From Campylobacteraceae bacterium (lineage in GTDB: Bacteria > Campylobacterota > Campylobacteria > Campylobacterales > JALSKU01), in assembly GCA_026993075.1 (NCBI GenBank), contig JALWUQ010000048.1:1-57957 (forward strand): a stretch of DNA of 57,957 bases, written 5' to 3'. Positions within the stretch are counted from its first letter, which is position 1, and the number at the start of each line of letters is the position of its first letter. Both the position numbers and the translations under genes were made by a program. The notes below the pieces were generated by a model. It made no database searches. It saw only the letters and a list, made by a program, of their open reading frames with translations, and was not told the origin of the DNA. This document shows positions 29,759 through 37,667 of the stretch, piece after piece.

Positions 29759-30777
29759 ATAATTGTACTTTTAAGGAGCTCTGCCGCATTTTCAGGAGAT
29801 AGTGGATTTATATGTATCTTGCTTTGAAGCTCAAATCCTCCTACCTTGTAAATTCTTGGAATTATCCTTATGTAAAAACGGTAAAATTCATCAATTTCAT
29901 CAAAAAATTCTTCTGTTTCATAACTTTTTTGCATCGGAGGATTTTGAATATACAAATTATAATCAAAATTTCCTATTTGAACTTTCAATTTAGACAAACT
30001 ATCTTTTAACAACTCTGATATTTCGTCCAAAAGCTTTTTATCTAAAGTATCTATTGAGCTTATTTTTACTTTTGGCATTATCATAACTTCAAAAGAAAAA
30101 GCACTGGCATAAGGACAAAAAGATATAAAGTTTGCACTCTCTTTTATAACTCTTTTATTTTGCTCCAATTCATAATCTACGATATCTTTAAAAATACTTC
30201 TACCATGAGTTTTGTAATGGTTAAAATAATATTTTAGATTTGATAATTCATTTTTTGGGATTAGAGGCATCGCTATTAGTTGGGTATGAACATGAGGAAG
30301 AGTTGCACCTGAGTTTTGACCTTGATTTTTAAAAATACAAAAGTAAGTCAATCTTATATCTTTTTTCAAATCTTCAACTCTAAGCTTGATAACGCTCAGC
30401 CAATCCTTCATCTGTAAAGTCGATAAATCTTCAAAACAAATTATATGTTTTGGTGTATCTATGATAATTTCATGAGCACCAAAGCCATCTTTTTTTTCAT
30501 AAATACCATCGATATTGGATATATCAGTTGCTTCTATTTGAACTGCTTTGTAGAGATTTGGCACAACCCTAACATCCCAAGAAGAGCTGTTTTTAGCTTT
30601 TAAAGAAAATATTTCAGGCGGAGTCATATCTTCATGTCCACTACAAAACGGACAAAGAGTTTTTTCAACACTTTTTTTATCAATCTCTTGAAAAAGGTTG
30701 GGTCTTGTTAGCCTGTTTGGTGCTATTATCACTTGTTCATTACTTAATAAGTCGTATCTAAACTCAGACATTTTCAA
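29755..30777 (-). CDS. GalT-family hexose-1-phosphate nucleotidyltransferase / NDP-hexose phosphorylase
   Basis: Zinc motif CPFCSGHE and the active-site HxHxQ (HVHTQ). 340 aa. No galK/galE lies nearby. Confidence 0.75.
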   Translation of the reverse strand: MKMSEFRYDLLSNEQVIIAPNRLTRPNLFQEIDKKSVEKTLCPFCSGHEDMTPPEIFSLKAKNSSSWDVRVVPNLYKAVQIEATDISNIDGIYEKKDGFGAHEIIIDTPKHIICFEDLSTLQMKDWLSVIKLRVEDLKKDIRLTYFCIFKNQGQNSGATLPHVHTQLIAMPLIPKNELSNLKYYFNHYKTHGRSIFKDIVDYELEQNKRVIKESANFISFCPYASAFSFEVMIMPKVKISSIDTLDKKLLDEISELLKDSLSKLKVQIGNFDYNLYIQNPPMQKSYETEEFFDEIDEFYRFYIRIIPRIYKVGGFELQSKIHINPLSPENAAELLKSTII

Positions 30778-32800
30778 CCTTTAATACACCATTGATTTCA
30801 AGATTTCTACAAAAAGGAAAAACAAGTGCAAAGCTCACTCCCTGAGCCATAAGTTCAAACCCTTTTTCACTTTGAGAGACAGTATTTAGTGGAGTCATCA
30901 ATAGTTTAAAAGGTAAATTTAAAGAAAATGATAACTTTTTTTTCGTATATTTATCGATTAAAAAAAATTCTTTTATATTTTCAAATTTTATATCATCTAA
31001 TAAAGAAGTATCATCACAAAATACATTTTTCAAATCGGCAAAATGAAGATTAAATTCCAAAGCATAAAGATATTCTTTTTCACTTTTTGAATTTATTTTT
31101 ATATCAAACGCTATTCCCTCTTTTAAAAATTGATATTTTTTTGTGATAATCGTATCATACTTTTCATCAAAATATATCCCACCTTCTCTTTTAAATACAA
31201 TCTTATTTTTATCTTTTATCAGCTCAAACGGTTGATTTGCAAAATCTCCATATTCCCAAAAAGAGCATCTTTTAAAATTTTCCATAGTAAAAGTTTTATT
31301 ACTTATATGATCAATAAAAGAATTTTTAATATACCAGTCAAAACTAAGAGCATCTTTTATCTCTTTATTTACCTCTATTTCTTTGTTATGGATAGTTTCA
31401 ATTTCATCTTTTGACTTCTTTATTTTTGAAGTCTTTTGTTTTTCTATCATTTTTTGATGATAAGACTCTTCTCTTCTTGTTAAAGTATTTTGATAGTTAA
31501 ACTTTTTATCTCTTTGCAAAAATTCTACCATTTGTCCGCCATAATGGCTATCAAACCTTATTATAAAGTTATTTTTTATGATTTTTACTTCATCATATCC
31601 ATTCATATCTATATCATTTATCTCTACAGCTTCTTTATTTTTATATCTTATGTTTTCACATTCACATAAATAAGAGTAAGCATTATCTCTTAAATTTGGC
31701 AGATACAAACCCCCAAAAACTCCATGCCAAAAAACATCATTTGTCTGAAGTTTATAAAGTGAGTCTAAAAACTTTTTATTTTTTACCTTGTTGCTTGATA
31801 CTTCCAGCATCCTTTTATGAAGCCTGTTTGATTCATCATACTTAACAAAAAAATTTTTCCAAGTACCACCTTTTACAAACTTATCCGTATCATCACCGTA
31901 AACTTCTTTGGTTTTAGTTTGTATCTTTTCAAGAGTTATCGCATCTTTTGCTCTTAAACTCCATTCACCCATCTCATAATATGAAACATTTTGCAAGTAT
32001 GCGATACCTTTTGCTTTTTGCTTTTGATAATACTCATTAAAATGCATACATTCTATGGATTTATCTTTTAAAACAGTCGTAAAAAACTCTTCAAGCCATC
32101 CTTTTTCATATACCCATTCATAAGTTCCAGGCCACAAGCCAAACTTTTCTGCATCATCAAAGATGATTGCCGCACTTTGTTTTGTTTTATATAACTCTTT
32201 TATATCCTGTATAACTTCTTTTACATTTTTAAAAGGGATTGCATATCTTAATTTTTTACTTATAGGAAAAAGAGCTAGTTTCTTAGCATCGTTTTCACTA
32301 AAATAATATCCATCCAAATCTTCACTGTCAAACCCACTAGCACGAAAATGATAATCATCAACCATCGCATACGAAACTTTGCATGCAACAAAATCATTTA
32401 TAAGTGAATCCTCCCAAACTCGCTCAGTAAGCCAAGCTCCTTTTGGTATTTTTGAAAATTCTTTTTTTATATATTTATTTAATTTTTCTATTTGAGAAAT
32501 TCTATCAATACTTGGTATCGAGCTTAAAACAGGCTCATAAAATCCTGCTGTAAAAAACTCAATAGTACCATAATCACTTAATTTTTTTATATTCAAAAAT
32601 ACTTCAATATAATTTTTCTTTATATAGTCCAAAAGCCAGCCGCTACAATGAAGTGCTATTTTAAATTCTGGAAATTTTTTTAAAACTTCAAAAAAAGGCT
32701 TATAACATTTCTCAACGGCTTCATCAACAGCCTCCTTAAAATTGTCCACAGGCTGGTGCATGTGAATTCCAAAAAGAAATTTTATCTTCTTATTTTGCAT
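30764..32800 (-). CDS. GH57 4-alpha-glucanotransferase-like enzyme
   Basis: The N-terminus FLFGIHMHQPVDNF resembles the Thermococcus litoralis GH57 glucanotransferase. The nucleophile block is GAWLTERVW and the acid/base block is FDDAEKFG. 678 aa. Confidence 0.8.
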   Translation of the reverse strand: MQNKKIKFLFGIHMHQPVDNFKEAVDEAVEKCYKPFFEVLKKFPEFKIALHCSGWLLDYIKKNYIEVFLNIKKLSDYGTIEFFTAGFYEPVLSSIPSIDRISQIEKLNKYIKKEFSKIPKGAWLTERVWEDSLINDFVACKVSYAMVDDYHFRASGFDSEDLDGYYFSENDAKKLALFPISKKLRYAIPFKNVKEVIQDIKELYKTKQSAAIIFDDAEKFGLWPGTYEWVYEKGWLEEFFTTVLKDKSIECMHFNEYYQKQKAKGIAYLQNVSYYEMGEWSLRAKDAITLEKIQTKTKEVYGDDTDKFVKGGTWKNFFVKYDESNRLHKRMLEVSSNKVKNKKFLDSLYKLQTNDVFWHGVFGGLYLPNLRDNAYSYLCECENIRYKNKEAVEINDIDMNGYDEVKIIKNNFIIRFDSHYGGQMVEFLQRDKKFNYQNTLTRREESYHQKMIEKQKTSKIKKSKDEIETIHNKEIEVNKEIKDALSFDWYIKNSFIDHISNKTFTMENFKRCSFWEYGDFANQPFELIKDKNKIVFKREGGIYFDEKYDTIITKKYQFLKEGIAFDIKINSKSEKEYLYALEFNLHFADLKNVFCDDTSLLDDIKFENIKEFFLIDKYTKKKLSFSLNLPFKLLMTPLNTVSQSEKGFELMAQGVSFALVFPFCRNLEINGVLKVENV

Positions 32801-32812
32801 TTATAATCCTTA

Positions 32813-34828
32813 TTATAAAAACCAATTTTTCTCAAATTCTTCATTACAAACTTCTATATCGCCAAAGATAGGCACAAATTCGCTATTTGATTTTTTATCA
32901 GTGATTTCTATTTGAAGATTGATTTTTTTCATATTTTTACATAATTTTTTATCTATTGACAATTCCAATATATCTTTGATTGCCAGCTTCACTCCATTTT
33001 GTTCATATTTTTCCATGATCGGAAGTGTTACTATCTTCTTCAACTCTTTTAAATGAATTTTTATCTCTTTATACTCTTTAAAAAGTTTTTTATTATCCAC
33101 ATCAAGTCGTATATATATAAAATTTTCATCTTCACCATAATAAAGCTGTTGCACAATACCTCTGCTTGTATCCATAGTCGAATATGCCTTGCTCTCATCA
33201 ACCAAACCAGATCCCAGCCATTCATAAAATGAATCTTTTTTGCCGTTTACATTAGCTGTTATATTAAACTGCGGTTTTGTTTGTGAGAGTTTAGCTTCTC
33301 TCTCTTTGGATATAGGTAACATTAGATTTGATGGTATTTTCATATTTGCAAGCTTGTATATATCTTGCAAATGAGATCTAAAAAGCAAATCAAACTCTTC
33401 TAAAAAATCACTAAAATGATCATCTCCATACCACCAAAACCAATCTGAACATTCACTTGCTAAAAAATGTTTTTCTACTAATTTGTTAGTTTTTTCATCA
33501 AATACGCACTCTTTTGTATCTCTTTTGGTTTGATATATAAGCTCCCAAGCTCTATTTTTTTCATTATGCCCCACCCAAGTATCAAAAGTACCATATATCC
33601 AACTTCCCGGATGTAAAGTCGTTAATTTATTTTTTTTAAAATTATTTATTTCATCAAAATTTCTTGTTTGTATGTTTTTCTCATTTGAAAGTTTTTCATA
33701 CAATTTCATAAAAAAATCCATCGCATTGTTTTGATAAAATTCCCATGCGTTTTCGCCATCAACTATCACAAAAACAGTTACATCTTCTTTCTCGGAGTTT
33801 ATATTATTTACTTTTTGAACAAAATCATTTACCGCATCATTCGCTTTTTTATATCTATATGAAAAACCTATTAAATCACTTAGAAAATGGTCTCTAAAAG
33901 CTATAAATACATCACTGTATTCAAATAATTCATATATCAAATCTTTTTGATTATTTTTTAAAGTTTTAAAAAGTATCGCTTCATCGGTTGCTACCCATTT
34001 GATACCTTTTCTTTTATACAATTCTAAACTCTTTTCATCCACCGCCCCCTCAGCCGGCCAAAAACCATTTGGATTTGCACCAAATACTTCTTTGTATAAT
34101 TTTATAGAAAAATCAACCTGTTTTAAAGCATCATCTTCCAAAGAAAAATACTCTTTTGGTAAAGTAGTATCAGGATTTGAAATCTTCGCATTGTTCATAT
34201 CCAAAAGAAGTGGAAGTATCGGATGGTTTAAAGGTGTAGTTGAAAGTGAAATCTGTCCTTTTTTTAAAAGCTTTGCGTAAAAAGGAAGAATTTTTGGGAT
34301 AAATTTTAAGAGTGTATCTAAAAGATTTGCTTTATCAATGGCATTGTATCCCTTTTTTTTATCTATTAAATTCTTAATTATACTATCATTTTGTCTTAAA
34401 AAATTCCCACACCATGAAAGCATAAATAAAACTTCAAGCTCTATTAGTTCATTATCATCATAACTATCTTTGTAAAACAATTCTGCAAATCTTGGAAAAC
34501 TTGATACCATAGTGTCAAATTGGGAGGATTTGCATATCTTTATGAGTGATTTTTTATCAACCTTTGTTAACTCTTTTGGATCTTTTATCCAAGAGAGTAA
34601 AAACTTATCTTTTTTATATCCGTTTTTTTCATACACTTGGATTTGTTGTATCAAAGGAGGTGTAAGATTGAAAGTTGCTTTTAGATTTGGAAAAAGCGAT
34701 AAAAGCCAAGGCATTTCATAATAATCCTTAATAGAGTGCAAAAACACCCATGGCATCTGCAAAAACCCTTTCTTATCACGATAATCAGGCTGATGCATAT
34801 GCCATAAAAAAGATAAATTAACTGACAT
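32813..34828 (-). CDS. GH57 family glycoside hydrolase (alpha-amylase/amylopullulanase-like)
   Basis: LSFLWHMHQPDY, GFWPAEGAV and VIVDGENAWEF are present. 671 aa. Confidence 0.8.
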   Translation of the reverse strand: MSVNLSFLWHMHQPDYRDKKGFLQMPWVFLHSIKDYYEMPWLLSLFPNLKATFNLTPPLIQQIQVYEKNGYKKDKFLLSWIKDPKELTKVDKKSLIKICKSSQFDTMVSSFPRFAELFYKDSYDDNELIELEVLFMLSWCGNFLRQNDSIIKNLIDKKKGYNAIDKANLLDTLLKFIPKILPFYAKLLKKGQISLSTTPLNHPILPLLLDMNNAKISNPDTTLPKEYFSLEDDALKQVDFSIKLYKEVFGANPNGFWPAEGAVDEKSLELYKRKGIKWVATDEAILFKTLKNNQKDLIYELFEYSDVFIAFRDHFLSDLIGFSYRYKKANDAVNDFVQKVNNINSEKEDVTVFVIVDGENAWEFYQNNAMDFFMKLYEKLSNEKNIQTRNFDEINNFKKNKLTTLHPGSWIYGTFDTWVGHNEKNRAWELIYQTKRDTKECVFDEKTNKLVEKHFLASECSDWFWWYGDDHFSDFLEEFDLLFRSHLQDIYKLANMKIPSNLMLPISKEREAKLSQTKPQFNITANVNGKKDSFYEWLGSGLVDESKAYSTMDTSRGIVQQLYYGEDENFIYIRLDVDNKKLFKEYKEIKIHLKELKKIVTLPIMEKYEQNGVKLAIKDILELSIDKKLCKNMKKINLQIEITDKKSNSEFVPIFGDIEVCNEEFEKNWFL

Positions 34829-37350
34829 TATTTATCCATCCATTTTTCTATTTTATCTCTGTAAAGATTATTTAAATCTTCTCCTCTTTCTTTAGTTTTT
34901 GCTTGAACATAAAGATTTAAAAAATCATCGAATTGATCTGGTATCATAAGTATCCAATCTTCTTCATTTTCCCATATTTTAACTCCATCAACTGTTGAGG
35001 ATTTTTTGCTTTTTGCTTTTTGTAAAAATTTTCTCATAATTTTACCTTTTAACGCTTGAGAACACTCTATTTTGCATTGGTGATAATAAAAATCTTCAAA
35101 ATTTCCAGCTATATTTGAAAGTTTTTCTTTTTGACGAGATAACATTTCCATGATTTTCAAACTTGCATAAATGGCATCTCTGTGTAGTGAAAATTCACTA
35201 AAAGCAAAATTACCATCGATTGTCGCTATAAGGTCGTACTGCTTCATTTTATCTGCTTTGAAATTTGCATATTTTCCTCTTTTTATGATAAGATTTTCAA
35301 ACTTCTCATCCATAAAATCAGGTGCCCAGCTGGGCAAAAATACAACTTTCTTCTTATCTTTCGCCTCAAGATTAAAAAGATACATAACACAAAGCAATGC
35401 TTTTATCTTGTTTAAAACCTCTCCTTTATCTGTGATGATAGAAAGTCTTTGACCATTTGGATACATAAGTATTCCCAAACTCAAACCAAGACTTTTTACG
35501 ATGGCGGAAACTTCTTCTTTTGATTTTTCTTCAATGTGTAAAATATTTGCCATCTTGTGATAATCAGTATAAGCATTTAGTAAAATATTTTCCACCTGAA
35601 TATCGGCCATAATTTCAGGAAAGATATCTTTAGTTCCACCAAACATCAAATCAACTACTACTTTAAAATTATTTTTTTTGATAATACTGTGATCAATAGC
35701 GTTTTCAATGGCACTTTTATACTTATGGCATTCATCTAAATGATGAACATAGTTTTCTCTTATTCTTCCTATCCTGTTATATTCAACTCTTCTAAATTTT
35801 TGTTGGAAAAATGCTTTTTCAACTGATTTTGCCATATCAGTATCTATCCTAAGTCCCTCTTCAGTAAAAAAGGTAAATTCTACACTAGTAGGGTCATTCA
35901 TATTTTGTCTAAAATAAATACCTGCAATTAAGCTGTCATCATTTCCTAAATTATATCTTAAAACCGCCGGAGGCATAGCCTTTAAATCTATCACATTAAT
36001 ACCCCCAGAAAGCAATCCTCCTAAAAATGCTCTCTTTAACATCCTTGCACTTTTACTGTGATCTCTTGCTACTATAACCGTACTTCCAATAGGCAACTGT
36101 GAGGCAAATGCTTCTGAAATCTGGCAAGACATTTCACAAGAAAGCTCAACATTACTCTTTCCTATAACTCTTCCATATTCAATAAGAGAATTTTTATATT
36201 TACTTCCCCATACGATATTATTATTAACGATAGAGGTTGCCTCTATACTTTTATGAGGCCAGACTGTCACATCTTGTTCAAATTTTACAAGTTTGCCGAC
36301 ATCACACCCCTCAGCCAAAACAACTCCAGCCTTTGCCGTAACAAAATCATCTATTTTGTTATCATTACAAATGACGCAATTATCAAGTATACATTTTTTA
36401 CCAACATCTATATCATTCCAAAAAACAGAATTTCTAACTCTACAATCTTCACCTATGACTACATTATCACCTATAACAACATTATGAAGCCTTGTTCTTT
36501 TACCTATCTTGACATTTGTTCCTATAACAACACTATCGACTATCTCAACACTTGAATCAATACTGCTTTCTCCGGTTAAATGCAAAATCCCATCAGGATA
36601 TTTTATCTTCTTTCCTGGTATTTCAAAATCTAATTTATTATTAAAAATATCATCATACACTTCTTTGTAACTCTCGGGGTTACCCACATCCCTCCAGTAA
36701 CCTTTCGCGTTATAAGACATCAAATCTACTCCTTTTTCCATAAGAAGTGGAAATAAATCTTTAGCAAAGTCGAAGCTGTCCTCTTTTGGAATATACTCCA
36801 ATATCTCAGGCTCAATCACATAAATACCCGTATTTATAGTATCACTGAAAACTTCACCCCAGCTTGGTTTTTCTAAAAATTTTTCTATTTTTCCCTCATC
36901 ATTTGTAATAACCACGCCAAACTGAAGAGGGTTTTCAACAGAAGTTAGAGTTATGGAGAGTTTTGCATTTACTTTGTAATGATGTTTAATAATTTTTTCA
37001 AAATCAAAATCACTTACCAAATCTCCACTGACTATGATAAAAGTAGTATCTAAAAATTCTCTTGCACATCCAACAGCCCCGGCAGTCCCGTAGTCTTCCG
37101 CAGGCAGTACATACTCTATATTTGCACCCCACTTACTTCCATCTCCAAAGTAATTTTTTATAATTTCAGGTTTAAAATACAACAAAAAAATTATATCTTT
37201 TATACCGATATCAACTAACTTTTTTAAAGTATGCTCCATCATAGGAAAATTAAATATCGGCAACATTGGCTTTGGCATCGAATTGGTCAGCGGTTGGATT
37301 CTCGTACCAAATCCGCCTGCCATCATCACGGCTTTTATCTTCTTGGGCAT
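34828..37350 (-). CDS. Sugar-1-phosphate nucleotidyltransferase + left-handed beta-helix fused to a degenerate PGM/PMM-like domain
   Basis: 840 aa. The N-terminus has MMAGGFGTRIQPLT...MPKPMLP and hexapeptide repeats (VVIGDNVVIGEDCRV...). The C-terminal half aligns to the PGM/PMM fold but lacks the signature loops (see findings). Confidence 0.8.
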   Translation of the reverse strand: MPKKIKAVMMAGGFGTRIQPLTNSMPKPMLPIFNFPMMEHTLKKLVDIGIKDIIFLLYFKPEIIKNYFGDGSKWGANIEYVLPAEDYGTAGAVGCAREFLDTTFIIVSGDLVSDFDFEKIIKHHYKVNAKLSITLTSVENPLQFGVVITNDEGKIEKFLEKPSWGEVFSDTINTGIYVIEPEILEYIPKEDSFDFAKDLFPLLMEKGVDLMSYNAKGYWRDVGNPESYKEVYDDIFNNKLDFEIPGKKIKYPDGILHLTGESSIDSSVEIVDSVVIGTNVKIGKRTRLHNVVIGDNVVIGEDCRVRNSVFWNDIDVGKKCILDNCVICNDNKIDDFVTAKAGVVLAEGCDVGKLVKFEQDVTVWPHKSIEATSIVNNNIVWGSKYKNSLIEYGRVIGKSNVELSCEMSCQISEAFASQLPIGSTVIVARDHSKSARMLKRAFLGGLLSGGINVIDLKAMPPAVLRYNLGNDDSLIAGIYFRQNMNDPTSVEFTFFTEEGLRIDTDMAKSVEKAFFQQKFRRVEYNRIGRIRENYVHHLDECHKYKSAIENAIDHSIIKKNNFKVVVDLMFGGTKDIFPEIMADIQVENILLNAYTDYHKMANILHIEEKSKEEVSAIVKSLGLSLGILMYPNGQRLSIITDKGEVLNKIKALLCVMYLFNLEAKDKKKVVFLPSWAPDFMDEKFENLIIKRGKYANFKADKMKQYDLIATIDGNFAFSEFSLHRDAIYASLKIMEMLSRQKEKLSNIAGNFEDFYYHQCKIECSQALKGKIMRKFLQKAKSKKSSTVDGVKIWENEEDWILMIPDQFDDFLNLYVQAKTKERGEDLNNLYRDKIEKWMDK

Positions 37351-37373
37351 TTTTTATCCTTTTTAAGATTTAC

Positions 37374-37655
37374 TTAGACTTCTATGGCAGAATTAGTACT
37401 CCCAAAACTATTTTGAACTTCCAGAGCATCTGCTTCATTTTCCCAAATGCTACCATCTATCAAATATTTAAATTCATAAATTTGTCCTATCGGAAGTATT
37501 TTTGTTATATAAAAATCTCCATTTTTCTTTTGTTTCATTTTTTCTTTACTCCAGTCACTCCAAGAACCTGTTATCTCAACTGTTTTCTCCTCATTTGTTG
37601 GAACATAAGTAAATGTAACCCAAGCTTTATCCGCATTTTTCTTAACTTTCAACAT
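37374..37655 (-). CDS. Stand-alone CBM48 (AMPK-beta-type glycogen-binding) protein
   Basis: 93 aa. VEITGSWSDWSK...GDFYITKILPIGQIYEFKYLIDGSIWEN...NSFGSTNSAIEV matches the CBM48/GBD consensus. There is no signal peptide. Confidence 0.75.
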   Translation of the reverse strand: MLKVKKNADKAWVTFTYVPTNEEKTVEITGSWSDWSKEKMKQKKNGDFYITKILPIGQIYEFKYLIDGSIWENEADALEVQNSFGSTNSAIEV

Positions 37656-37667
37656 TTCATCCTCCTT

